Source: Aggregatilineales bacterium (GTDB lineage Bacteria; Chloroflexota; Anaerolineae; Aggregatilineales; UBA2796). Taken from it: 64,000 bases of DNA. The notes under the pieces are model-generated. The model saw nothing but the letters and a program-made list of their open reading frames with translations, did no database searches and was not told the origin of the DNA. The DNA is taken from contig JBDNDQ010000009.1 in the NCBI GenBank assembly GCA_046719055.1, forward strand, positions 2,542 through 66,541, given 5' to 3'. Made by a program: the position numbers and the translations under genes. Position 1 is the stretch's first letter; every line of letters starts with the position of its first letter. Positions 28,203 to 37,228 of the stretch are shown one piece after another.

Positions 28203-28898
28203 TTAAGCTTTGCCCGTAAAGCGGTAACCGACACCGTATTCGCTCTGGATGTAGGTTGGAGTCTTTGGATCGGGCTCAATCTTACGGCGCAGATGCGAGA
28301 CGTAAATGCGCGGGTAGTGGTGCTCTGAGCTGTATTCAGGGCCCCAAACTTGCTCTAGCAGCTGGTTGAAGGTCAGTACTTGCCCGCGATGCTTGATCAA
28401 AATGGCAATCAGCTTGAACTCGGTCGGCGTTAGGCGCATTTCTTGTCCATTAACCCAGACTCGGCGCGCATTCAGGTCTACCGTCAGGTAATCATCGCTA
28501 TAGGCAACCGATTGGTGCGTGCCTTCATCACGCGCAGCACGACGTAACAATGCGCGCACGCGAGCATGAAACTCCATGTTGCGGATCGGCTTGAGCATAT
28601 ACTCATCAGCACCAAGATTTAGCCCACGTGCAATTTCTTCTTCTGTGATGGCAGTAGCTGTCATGATCAAGATGGGCACACTAGAGAGTTCACGGATGCG
28701 CTGGCAGACCGTCAAGCCGTCCATCATAGGCAGCGAAACATCTAGCACCACTAGGTTCGGGCGCTGATCGTGAAACATGCGCAGACCTTCCAAGCCATTG
28801 GCGGCTGTGATGGTTTCGTAGCCGTGCTGCTTTAAATCGATCTGAAGCAGGCGATTTGTATCAGGATCGTCTTCTACGATTAAAACTTTGACAGCCAT
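28203..28898 (-). CDS. OmpR-family response regulator (no adjacent histidine kinase)
   Basis: Receiver domain VKVLIVEDDPD...LVVLDVSLPMMDG...ILIMTA and winged helix LTPTEFKLIAILI...EYGVGYRF. AGGAAG lies 6 nt upstream of ATG 28898; the ORF-track start is 28991. Confidence 0.92.
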   Translation of the reverse strand: MAVKVLIVEDDPDTNRLLQIDLKQHGYETITAANGLEGLRMFHDQRPNLVVLDVSLPMMDGLTVCQRIRELSSVPILIMTATAITEEEIARGLNLGADEYMLKPIRNMEFHARVRALLRRAARDEGTHQSVAYSDDYLTVDLNARRVWVNGQEMRLTPTEFKLIAILIKHRGQVLTFNQLLEQVWGPEYSSEHHYPRIYVSHLRRKIEPDPKTPTYIQSEYGVGYRFTGKA

Positions 28899-29043
28899 AC
28901 TGCACTTCCTGTTCTGTGCTAAAGAGGCAGCCCGTGCATAGGCGCTACTTGTGATCATTGTAGCACGTTTCGGCGGGCGTGGATAGCTCATGGCCTATCT
29001 CGATCGCCTTCCAGTGGCAGGCTCAGCTAGCCTGTGGCATAAA

Positions 29044-29072
29044 TTGACACCGCGCCGTTCTCTTTTTACAAT
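29044..29072 (+). promoter_or_regulatory. near-consensus sigma70 promoter for the CHAT-domain gene
   Basis: TTGACA (29044-29049), a 17-nt spacer, then TACAAT (29067-29072), about 50 nt upstream of ATG 29123. Confidence 0.55.
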
Positions 29073-29122
29073 GTGCGCTTGGTGCACAGATCGGATTTTC
29101 GGCTGCGGAAAGGCGACGCACC

Positions 29123-31267
29123 ATGGCGACGCAAGATTACCTCGATTTTGAGCTGAACATTGAGACACTGCCCAACGAGCAGCTGCGCGTGACGCTGGCG
29201 AATTCACCGGTTGGCTCGGTAGCTGTGGATGTGCCGAACCCGATCACGCCTGCTGAAGTTGAGCGCATCATCAGCATCCTCGATGGCAGAACGCGCATGC
29301 CGCGTGGTGAGGCAGCCCGCGCAGCCCGCACCTTTGGCGAGAAGCTGTTCAGCGCTATTTTCAGCGGTCAGATTTATGCTGCCTACCTCACTAGCCGCTC
29401 GCAAGCGGGCGAACGCGGCTTGCGCATCCGCCTCAACCTCGATAAAGCTGAGGCGCTCGCCGATTGGCCTTGGGAATTGCTGCGCGATCCGTCAGGCGAC
29501 TTCCTAACCCTCTCGCGCCAGACGCCAATCATCCGCTACCCACGCCTGATCAACGTCCGCCCAGTCGTGGAGGTCAGCCTGCCGCTGCGGGTCTTGGTGC
29601 TGATCAGCAGCCCTAAGGATCAGGCAGCGCTCAACGTTGAGGCTGAGTGGCAAAGCCTGCAAGAAGCGACCGCCGATCTGCGGCAGCGCGGCCTGCTTGA
29701 GCTAGAGCGCCTAGACGATGCCCAGCTCATCACCCTACAGCGCAAATTGCGCGGCGGCATCAGCTACCAAATTTTCCACTACATCGGTCATGCCACCTTT
29801 GATGAGCGCAGCGCGGTGGGCATGTTGGCTTTCGAGGCACCGCGCACCGAGCTCACACAGCCTGTCAGTGGCGAGGCGCTCGCCCGCGAGCTGGTCGAGG
29901 AGAACAGCATCCGTCTTGTAGTGTTGAACGCCTGCCAAGGCGCACGCCAAGCGCATAACGATCCGTTCTCTGGCATCGCCTCGAGCATCGTGGCGCGCGG
30001 CGTGCCAGCCGTTGTGGCGATGCAGTTTCCCATCACCGACGACGCGGCGCGCATCTTTGCCCACGAGTTCTACCGCGCGCTCTCAGAAGGCTATCCAATC
30101 GAGGCTGCCATCGCAGAGGCGCGACGTGCCATCAGCAGCAGCCTGAACAACCTCGAATGGGCTACGCCTGTGCTATTTTTGCGCGCTCAGAGCGGCGTGC
30201 TCTTCCCAAAGCGGCGCACTTACGCAGAGCGCCCCTCGTACGGTGGTCTGCGCGAGGCGTTGCTGCGCCCACGCTTCCTAATTGGACTGAGCGCTGTTCT
30301 GATCGTATTGATCGGCCTAGTTAGCTTGCTCGGGAGCCTGCTAGGCGGTACTCCTGAGCCGACACAACCTGCACAGACGCCAGCGCCCATTATCGCCACC
30401 TTCACGCCCACGCCTGATGCGCCGCGCAATATCGATCTGGTTATCACGCGTGTGCGCTTCTTGCCGCCCAATCCCGCGCCCGGACAAGCTGTCACAGTTG
30501 CCATCGAGCTACAGAACAACGGCACGAGCGACTCGGGCGAATTTGATTGGGTGTGGTTTGATCGCAACGCCGAAGCAGAGGACGCCATGCCCGCGCTGCG
30601 TGGTACAGTCGCCAATTTGAGCCCGCGCGCTAAGACGACGGTCATTGGCACTTATCGCTTCGGCTGGTGGGGTATCTATCTGACGACGGCGTGGGTGAAT
30701 CCTGATAACCGCGCACCTGAGTCGAACATCTTTAACAACTTCGTGCCGCGCACACTGAACACAAGCAGAGAGCCATTCGTGGTTGACTTCGCGCGCTTGC
30801 CCGACGAATCGCTGCTGGAAGCAGGCGCCTTGCGCGGCGATGAGTTCGCCAAATGGGCGCTGACGCTCCGCACAGAGACAGACGGCAATCCTGAGTGCGC
30901 AGCTGCCTCGCTGCTGGTCACACTTGCCGATGATCTCAACCAAATCACAACAGGACTGCTCAGTGCGCCCTTGCGCTGCGCCAACCTGCCCGTAATTTTC
31001 GACCTGTCGCAGCCGTCCGATGCTCTTGTGCTCAGCGGGGCTGGCATTGAGTTCCTACCGGCGGCCCCCGGCGACTACACGTTGGAAGTCCGTGCCCCCG
31101 ATAACAGCCTGCAACGCCGCGAGACTGTAAGCGTGCCTGCCAGCCAGGTGGGCGTGCCGCAAACAGTCAACATAGCGCTGAATGGCGCAGCGCGCTTAGT
31201 TTTCCGCGTGCCAGAGAACGGACGCACCATCATCCGACGGCTGATACGCACCACGACGCAGCCCTAG
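29123..31267 (+). CDS. CHAT-domain (caspase-like peptidase) protein with a TM helix and extracytoplasmic CARDB-like domain
   Basis: The caspase-like dyad context is FHYIGHATFD (His) and LVVLNACQGA (Cys). It is followed by TM FLIGLSAVLIVLIGLVSLLGSLL, a Pro/Thr linker, the CARDB-like segment DLVITRVRFLPPNPAPGQAVTVAIELQNNGTSDSG, and a further ~190-aa C-terminal domain. Confidence 0.85.
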   Translation: MATQDYLDFELNIETLPNEQLRVTLANSPVGSVAVDVPNPITPAEVERIISILDGRTRMPRGEAARAARTFGEKLFSAIFSGQIYAAYLTSRSQAGERGLRIRLNLDKAEALADWPWELLRDPSGDFLTLSRQTPIIRYPRLINVRPVVEVSLPLRVLVLISSPKDQAALNVEAEWQSLQEATADLRQRGLLELERLDDAQLITLQRKLRGGISYQIFHYIGHATFDERSAVGMLAFEAPRTELTQPVSGEALARELVEENSIRLVVLNACQGARQAHNDPFSGIASSIVARGVPAVVAMQFPITDDAARIFAHEFYRALSEGYPIEAAIAEARRAISSSLNNLEWATPVLFLRAQSGVLFPKRRTYAERPSYGGLREALLRPRFLIGLSAVLIVLIGLVSLLGSLLGGTPEPTQPAQTPAPIIATFTPTPDAPRNIDLVITRVRFLPPNPAPGQAVTVAIELQNNGTSDSGEFDWVWFDRNAEAEDAMPALRGTVANLSPRAKTTVIGTYRFGWWGIYLTTAWVNPDNRAPESNIFNNFVPRTLNTSREPFVVDFARLPDESLLEAGALRGDEFAKWALTLRTETDGNPECAAASLLVTLADDLNQITTGLLSAPLRCANLPVIFDLSQPSDALVLSGAGIEFLPAAPGDYTLEVRAPDNSLQRRETVSVPASQVGVPQTVNIALNGAARLVFRVPENGRTIIRRLIRTTTQP

Positions 31268-31282
31268 AGAGAGCCATCCACA

Positions 31283-32572
31283 ATGAGCCAACTGCCTGAA
31301 TGCCTTGAAATTCGACCGTTGCGCCGCCCGATAGACGCTGTGATCAGCGTGCCTGGCTCTAAGAGCATCACTAATCGTGCGCTAGTTCTGGCCGCGCTTG
31401 CCGAAGGTGAGAGCATGCTAGAAAACGCGCTCTTCAGCGAGGACTCACACTGGTGCAGCCAAGCGTTACAGCGTTTGGGAATCCCGGTCGAGGCTGATCG
31501 AGAGGCAGCGCGCTTCACAGTGCAGGGCAGGGGCGCTTGTTTCCCGAATGCACGCGCAGACCTCTTCGTGGGCAACAGCGGCACGACAGCCCGCTTCCTG
31601 GTGGCAGCAGCGGCGCTAGGCAGCGGGAACTACCGCTTCGATGGCCTGCCACGCATGCGCCAGCGCCCGATCGGCCCGCTCTTAGCAGCGCTGCGAGGGC
31701 TGGGCGCGCGCTTCAGCTTTGAAATTAATCCCGATGCCTTCCCACTGACCGTCCATGCTGACGGCTTGGATGGCGGCACAGTGAGGCTGGACGCTACTAG
31801 CAGCAGTCAGTATGTTTCGGCGCTGCTGCAGGCGGCACCTTATGCCCGCAGCGATGTGACAATCAGTCTGGTAGGCGAGGTTGTCAGCGAACCGTACATC
31901 GAGATGACCCTGCGCATGATGGCGCAGTTCGGTGTGCAGGTGGAGCAGCATAACGCCCGAACCTACCACATACGAGCGGGACAGCGCTATCAGGCGCAGC
32001 GCTATACCATCGAGCCGGATGCTAGCAACGCCACCTACTTCTTCGCTGCTGCCGCCCTGATCGGCGGGCGGGTACGCGTGCCGCACCTCTCAGAGAGCTC
32101 TCTGCAGGGCGATGCACGTTTTGTGGATGTGCTTGAGCAGATGGGCTGTCACGTAGAGCGCGCCCCAAACTACCTTGAAGTGCGCGGCACAGGGCAACTC
32201 TGGGGCGTGGAAGTCGATCTGAACGCAATGTCCGACACAGCGCAAACCCTAGCAGCTATCGCCCCGTTTGCTAGCTCACCAACGTATATCCGCAATATCG
32301 GGCATATCCGCCACAAGGAGACAGACCGCATCGCGGCGCTAGCAACCGAATTGCGTAAACTTGGTGCGCACGTCGAGGAAAGTCCCGACTCGCTCACCAT
32401 CTACCCTTCGATCTTGCAGCCTGCCGAGATCGAGACGTATGAGGATCACCGCATGGCGATGGCTTTTGCTGTCACAGGCTTGGCACTGCCGGGCTTACGT
32501 ATCAAGAATCCCGCTTGCACTGCCAAGACCTTTCCCGATTACTTCATACGCTTCGAGGCACTTTACGGATGA
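31283..32572 (+). CDS. aroA: 3-phosphoshikimate 1-carboxyvinyltransferase (EPSP synthase)
   Basis: VPGSKSITNRALVLAAL, GNSGTTARFL, IRHKETDR and DHRMAMAFAV are present. 429 aa. Confidence 0.95.
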   Translation: MSQLPECLEIRPLRRPIDAVISVPGSKSITNRALVLAALAEGESMLENALFSEDSHWCSQALQRLGIPVEADREAARFTVQGRGACFPNARADLFVGNSGTTARFLVAAAALGSGNYRFDGLPRMRQRPIGPLLAALRGLGARFSFEINPDAFPLTVHADGLDGGTVRLDATSSSQYVSALLQAAPYARSDVTISLVGEVVSEPYIEMTLRMMAQFGVQVEQHNARTYHIRAGQRYQAQRYTIEPDASNATYFFAAAALIGGRVRVPHLSESSLQGDARFVDVLEQMGCHVERAPNYLEVRGTGQLWGVEVDLNAMSDTAQTLAAIAPFASSPTYIRNIGHIRHKETDRIAALATELRKLGAHVEESPDSLTIYPSILQPAEIETYEDHRMAMAFAVTGLALPGLRIKNPACTAKTFPDYFIRFEALYG

Positions 32573-33216
32573 ACCGCCTTTTCGAGACCTTGCGTGGCTT
32601 TGTGAGCCGCCCGCGCAGTGAGCCAACTCAGGCACCCACCTCTGAGACGCCGAAAGTCCTCAGCGGCTTTGAAGGGCGTCTAGCTGCTCTCTACAACTAC
32701 GCGGAGCAGGCTGCAGCCTACGAGCGTGACCTTGAAGCGCGCCTTGCCGAAGCTCAAGCGAACATGGATCGGCTCGAGGCAGCTGTTGAGGCGATGCTAG
32801 ACGCGGGACGCGACCGCGATGCCTTTGAGTATCTGCGCTTGGCAGCGCGTCTGCGCCCGCAGCGCGACCTGCTGGACGGCGAGCTGCGAGCCTTCCATGC
32901 CGTCGCCTCTGAGCTGCAGCGCCGCGTAGCCTTGCTGCTCGATAACCAAGCGGCAGCAAGCCAAATTGCCAGCGATGTGACGGCGAATCCGCAGGCAGCG
33001 CGCACGCTCGACCGTGTACTGAACCAATTGACGCGCTACTTCGTGATGCTAGATCGTGTAGCAAGAGCGCGGCGCCGCGAGCTGCCCGAACGTCTTGCCC
33101 TTGCCGTGTCACACATTCTTGACGATCGGCAGCTAGATTTAGAGCTAGCAAATTACGTCCTACAGCGCCGCCGCGCCCTAAACGATGGCCGTTCTGCTCA
33201 GTCCGTTAAGGAGTAG
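32569..33216 (+). CDS. PspA/IM30-like coiled-coil protein (tentative)
   Basis: ATG 32569 overlaps the aroA stop (ATGA). The N-terminus [12 protein letters not shown] resembles the PspA MG.F.R... N-terminus. Long heptad-like helices are present ([41 protein letters not shown]). The assignment rests on pattern only. Confidence 0.45.
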   Translation: MNRLFETLRGFVSRPRSEPTQAPTSETPKVLSGFEGRLAALYNYAEQAAAYERDLEARLAEAQANMDRLEAAVEAMLDAGRDRDAFEYLRLAARLRPQRDLLDGELRAFHAVASELQRRVALLLDNQAAASQIASDVTANPQAARTLDRVLNQLTRYFVMLDRVARARRRELPERLALAVSHILDDRQLDLELANYVLQRRRALNDGRSAQSVKE

Positions 33217-33219
33217 ACT

Positions 33220-34350
33220 ATGTTGCGCCTGTTTAGCCGCTTAGTTGCTCTAGGCATCGTTCTCATGATGGCGCTGGCTGCCTGTCGTGAGCGCCCACCC
33301 TTGCCAACAATCGCCGTGCTGCCCAGCCCCACCATCACCCCAACTTTCACGGATACGCCGACACCGACACCCACAGCCACACCAACGCCCACAGTCACGC
33401 CAACTGATACGCTCACGCCGACTCCGACTGCCACTCCCACTGCCACTGATACACTCACACCGACACCCACTTTCACGCCGAGCCGCACCCCAACCTTCAC
33501 ACATACCTTCACTCCCACCCCGACTAGCACAGCCACGCCAACATCAACGCCGACCGATACGCCGACTTCCACGCCCACCTTCACTCTGACGCCGACCGAT
33601 ACGCGCACCCCGACGCCTGCGCCACCTGCTGTTATCACCTTCAACACCAACGCGCTGAGCGTCGCGCAAGGCGGTGCTATCATCGTGACGTGGGAAGCCG
33701 ATGCTGAGGCAATTTTCCTGGAGAGCCTCGACGGGCGTGGGCAAACTGTCTCGCGCCAGCAGGTGCCCTCGAGCGGCTCACAGACCTTTTCCGCTGAGGA
33801 GCGGCTAGGCACCTCAGTGACCTTCCGCCTGATCGCTGAGCGCGCCGGTCAGCGGGTGCAGCGCGCCATTGCTGTGGAAATCACCTGTCGCATTCAATGG
33901 TTCTTCCGCCCGCCGCCACCGAACAATATTTGCCCCAGCCAGCCCGCCCAATTTACGGCGATGGTCTTCCAGCAGTTTGAGCGCGGCGCCGCCTTCTACT
34001 TCCCGCCCACCAACCGCGTTTTCATGCTCACCTCAGATTTTCGCGTGGGCGCCTATGCTAACGCTTGGGTGGAAGGCGTACCACTGCCGCCGCCAATTGC
34101 GCCACCGCCGCCCAGCCGCTTCGTGCCAACTGCCCAGATCGGCTTGGTGTGGGTGACTCAAACGTGGTTCGATACGCGTCCGCTGCAAAATGTGCTTGGC
34201 TATGCCCTAGCGCCCGCTCAATTCTACGGTGGGGCCTATCAGGCGAGCAACGCGCCCGATGAACTGTTCATCTCAGCTAGCGACGGTACTGTCTATTTCC
34301 TGAGGCTGCAAGGCACAGGGCAGTGGCAAGTTGTTGGCAGGGCGAACTGA
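33220..34350 (+). CDS. lipoprotein with a ~100-aa Thr/Pro-rich linker and a C-terminal globular domain
   Basis: Signal peptide plus lipobox MMALAAC. A 102-aa (T/P)-rich low-complexity segment comes next, followed by ~230 aa of ordinary sequence with no family I recognise. Confidence 0.7.
   Translation: MLRLFSRLVALGIVLMMALAACRERPPLPTIAVLPSPTITPTFTDTPTPTPTATPTPTVTPTDTLTPTPTATPTATDTLTPTPTFTPSRTPTFTHTFTPTPTSTATPTSTPTDTPTSTPTFTLTPTDTRTPTPAPPAVITFNTNALSVAQGGAIIVTWEADAEAIFLESLDGRGQTVSRQQVPSSGSQTFSAEERLGTSVTFRLIAERAGQRVQRAIAVEITCRIQWFFRPPPPNNICPSQPAQFTAMVFQQFERGAAFYFPPTNRVFMLTSDFRVGAYANAWVEGVPLPPPIAPPPPSRFVPTAQIGLVWVTQTWFDTRPLQNVLGYALAPAQFYGGAYQASNAPDELFISASDGTVYFLRLQGTGQWQVVGRAN
33322..33627 (+). 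repeat. coding low-complexity repeat (ACNCCN-type, Thr-Pro linker)
   Basis: It encodes [102 protein letters not shown]. The antisense frame yields the spurious Gly/Val-rich ORF 33198..33812. Confidence 0.85.
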
Positions 34351-34361
34351 GATATCTGCCC

Positions 34362-35720
34362 ATGTGGCAGGCGCTGCGCAATCTGCTTGGGGCTGTCTTG
34401 CGGAGCTGCCTGCTGCTGAGTGCTTTTTTGGGCGCATGGTGGCTGCGTCCAGCCTACCCTGAAGGGTTGCGCCCCCCATCAGAGCCGTACTTTCTCGGCT
34501 TCTTGATCAGCCTGCCAATCGGCATCGCCTTGATCTGCTGGCTACTGCTTGGTTTGCAGGGGCTGGGCAGCGCTCTGCGCGATGAACGGCGCTGGTGGCT
34601 GCTTGCCGTGCTGCTGCTGATGGCTTGGGCGGCGCTCTCGCCGACGTGGGCGCGTTACGATCAGGTGGCGGGCAGCAGCGCCCTACAATTTTTGGTAGTG
34701 GCAGCAGTCGGTGTAATGGCTCTGTGCACCCCGATCAACGCTCGGGCGCTTGTCGGCGCTCTAGCGGCGGGCGCGCTGGTACAGAGCGTCGTGGTCATCG
34801 CCCAGATGGGCCTTCAAGACGATCTAGGCTTGCGCTGGCTGGGCGAGCTGAACTTATATGAGGGTCGGCGCGGCCTGAGCGTGCTGCACGCTGGTGAGCT
34901 GCGCTTGTTGCGCCCATACGGCTTGAGCGTGCATCCGAACGTGGTGGGCGGATATTTGGCAGTTAGCATTCTAGCCCTGAGCGCCTGGCTGTTCAGCGTT
35001 GGTGAAACATGGCGCTGGCTAGTGCGGATGCTCACCTTTGGGCTGTGCTTGTGCGCCTTGTGCCTGACCTTCAGCCGATCGGCGTGGCTGGCATGCTTGG
35101 GCACAGGCTTTGGGCTAGTTGTGTGGGCAGCGTGGCGCCGATTGTGGAGCCGGGCTGTGCTGCGCCGCGCGCTATGGGCAAGCGCGCTGAGCGCATCCAT
35201 CCTTGCGGTGTTCAGCGTTGCGTATATGCCGTTTCTATTGGCGCGGGCAGGCGTCGGGGGGGAGGCTGTCGAGCAAATTAGCGTAGCACAGCGCGCCATC
35301 TTCGTGGCATTTGCGCAGGAGATCATTCGGGAGTATCCGATAGCGGGAACGGGGATTGGCACATTCGCTTGGGAGGCGCGCGATCGGTTAGTGCGCAGCC
35401 CGTACCGGGACTTGTTACGGGCTGAGAATGTCCACAGCGTACCGTTGCTTGTGCTGAGCGAACTGGGCTTGGTCGGCTTTGGGCTGTGGAGCGCTACTTT
35501 TATCGCGTGGATGCGCGTCGTATGGTGGCACAGAGATGATCCGTTCAAGACAGCATTGGCTGCAGGGGCCAGCGCACTCTTCCTGATCGGCCTAGTGGAT
35601 TTCTATCCCTTCGGCATTTTTTCGATGCACTGTTTATGGTTTTTACTGAGTTCCAGTACCCTCAACAGGTCGAATAGGATTGCAACCGACCTTCGAAAAT
35701 GCCCCGCGCCTACTACTTGA
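34362..35720 (+). CDS. O-antigen ligase-family (Wzy_C domain) polytopic membrane protein
   Basis: About 10-12 TM segments. The Wzy_C-type loop motif is LTFSRSAWLACLG, followed by ...PIAGTGIGTF... and AENVHSVPLLVLSELGLVGF (H..YL....E.G..G pattern). ATG 34362 lies just after the upstream stop. Confidence 0.8.
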   Translation: MWQALRNLLGAVLRSCLLLSAFLGAWWLRPAYPEGLRPPSEPYFLGFLISLPIGIALICWLLLGLQGLGSALRDERRWWLLAVLLLMAWAALSPTWARYDQVAGSSALQFLVVAAVGVMALCTPINARALVGALAAGALVQSVVVIAQMGLQDDLGLRWLGELNLYEGRRGLSVLHAGELRLLRPYGLSVHPNVVGGYLAVSILALSAWLFSVGETWRWLVRMLTFGLCLCALCLTFSRSAWLACLGTGFGLVVWAAWRRLWSRAVLRRALWASALSASILAVFSVAYMPFLLARAGVGGEAVEQISVAQRAIFVAFAQEIIREYPIAGTGIGTFAWEARDRLVRSPYRDLLRAENVHSVPLLVLSELGLVGFGLWSATFIAWMRVVWWHRDDPFKTALAAGASALFLIGLVDFYPFGIFSMHCLWFLLSSSTLNRSNRIATDLRKCPAPTT

Positions 35721-36079
35721 CCTAGAGCACTTTCAGGCGTCTTCTACCCGCCTCTTTTATGCACTTTTTAAAGAGCATCGCACTGAAAAACAGCCTACAC
35801 ACCTCGCGGGGTTTGTCAACTCCTCGCAAGTCGATCTTTGTTGAAAAAGGCGGGGGAGCTGCGAAAAGCCGGCTACCCGTATCAGAACTAGGTGTAACAG
35901 GCGTAAAGTAGACGGAAATGTGTGTAGGACATAAGTCAGCGTGCTTAGTATCTAAGTGCTGCCAACCGAGCTGCGAAACACCCCTCAAAAACGGCAAAAT
36001 TTTGGGCGTCGGAGAAATTATGCAGGTGCTTACACCAGGCGGTGAGAGCGTTGGCAGCATTTTGAGCCTGCTGCGCTGC

Positions 36080-37102
36080 CTAATAGCCGCTAGCCAGATC
36101 GACACGATTGAGCAGCTCTTTCTTCTTCAGATAGCGCATTAGGTTTTCAGCGAACAGGTCAACGGCACGTTCGTTGTAGCGCGCTGTGTTGCCGGCGATG
36201 TGCGGGCTGAGGATGACGTTCTCCATGGTCCACAGCGGGCTGGATTGCGGCAACGGCTCACGAGCGAAGACGTCTAGTGCCGCGCCGCCGAGCTTGCCTG
36301 CCTTCAGAGCCGCTATGAGCGCCTCTTCATCTACCACACCGCCGCGCCCGACGTTGATGAAAATCGCGTGAGGCTGCATCGCCTCGAAGACGCTGGCGTT
36401 GATGCAGCCGCGCGTCTGTGGTGTTAGCGGCAAGGTGACTAGGACAAAATCGCACAGGCTGACCATCGAGCGAACCGCCTCAGGCGGATAGAGCCGATCG
36501 ACGCACTCGCCCTGCGGATCGCCTACGCCTTCCTCTTCGTACTCGTTACGGCTGGCGGGCTGCATCACATTACGTTTGGTGGCTAGCACCGTCATGCCGA
36601 AGGCTTTAGCGAGGCGCGCTGTTGCCCGCCCAATGCTGCCGTAGCCAACAATGCCGAGCGTGGAGCCACGTAATTCGCGCGGCAGGAACAGCTCGAACCG
36701 CTTCTCAGGCCATTCAGCGCGCCCCTGATGGCGCAGCATCAGCGGAATCTTGCGTGCGTGCGCCAGCATCATGGCGAAGGTGTACTCAGCCATAGTTGAG
36801 GCGTGAATGCCGCTGGCAGTGGTCAGGATGACGTTCTGATTCTGGATGACGGGCGAGTCTACAATTGCATCTATACCCGCAAAGTGCAGCTGAATCCAGC
36901 GCAGGCGCAGCGCCTGGTCAGGTTCGGGCAGTAGATGCGCTGTATAAAGGATATCGGTGCTAGCCCAGACCTCACGCGGAATTTCGTTGGCGGTGCGCGC
37001 GAGGTTGCGCGTGAACTTCAGCTGCGGCGAAAGGTTCCTCAGGCGGTTCATGAGTGCATCGTCGAAGTCGACTAGCACGAGCACATTGAGCGTCTCGTCC
37101 AT
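36080..37102 (-). CDS. D-isomer-specific 2-hydroxyacid dehydrogenase family, NAD-binding
   Basis: The Rossmann motif is LGIVGYGSIGRATARLAKAFGMTV. Also present are INVGRGGVVDEEAL and the catalytic His context ILSPHIAGNT. 340 aa. Confidence 0.9.
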   Translation of the reverse strand: MDETLNVLVLVDFDDALMNRLRNLSPQLKFTRNLARTANEIPREVWASTDILYTAHLLPEPDQALRLRWIQLHFAGIDAIVDSPVIQNQNVILTTASGIHASTMAEYTFAMMLAHARKIPLMLRHQGRAEWPEKRFELFLPRELRGSTLGIVGYGSIGRATARLAKAFGMTVLATKRNVMQPASRNEYEEEGVGDPQGECVDRLYPPEAVRSMVSLCDFVLVTLPLTPQTRGCINASVFEAMQPHAIFINVGRGGVVDEEALIAALKAGKLGGAALDVFAREPLPQSSPLWTMENVILSPHIAGNTARYNERAVDLFAENLMRYLKKKELLNRVDLASGY

Positions 37103-37181
37103 ACCAGATCCTCTCTTCAGAGCCGATGTAGCTTAGAATTCTAGCGCATCTGGCAGGCTCTTAAAAATTGGTGAGCGTACC

Positions 37182-37210
37182 TTGCCGATCAGCTTGAACA
37201 TCGCTACACT
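37182..37210 (+). promoter_or_regulatory. candidate promoter for the transglutaminase gene
   Basis: TTGCCG, a 17-nt spacer, then TACACT. If this promoter is used, GTG 37229 would be nearly leaderless, and ATG 37286 is then the alternative start. Confidence 0.3.
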
Positions 37211-37228
37211 GAGCACATCTTCGGCTGT

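Noticed and set aside
33322-33627. Short periodic DNA repeats that could superficially suggest a CRISPR or tandem-repeat array.
   Set aside because: The period is 6 nt (ACNCCN), with no spacer/repeat structure of 25-40 nt. It is in-frame coding low complexity. No cas genes are in the window.
33198-33812. The 204-aa minus-strand Gly/Val-rich ORF (and ORF 39004..39333).
   Set aside because: These are the reverse complements of the Thr/Pro-coding low-complexity repeats. The sense-strand genes have signal peptides, RBS context and ordinary flanking domains.
35722-36142. ORFs 35722..36105 (-) and 35918..36142 (+) in or next to the long convergent gap, including a 40-aa ORF with a GGAG RBS at about 36011.
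   Set aside because: I recognised no family similarity and the composition is odd. The ORFs overlap the 3' end of the dehydrogenase gene. The region is kept only as a possible ncRNA / 3' UTR region in the findings.
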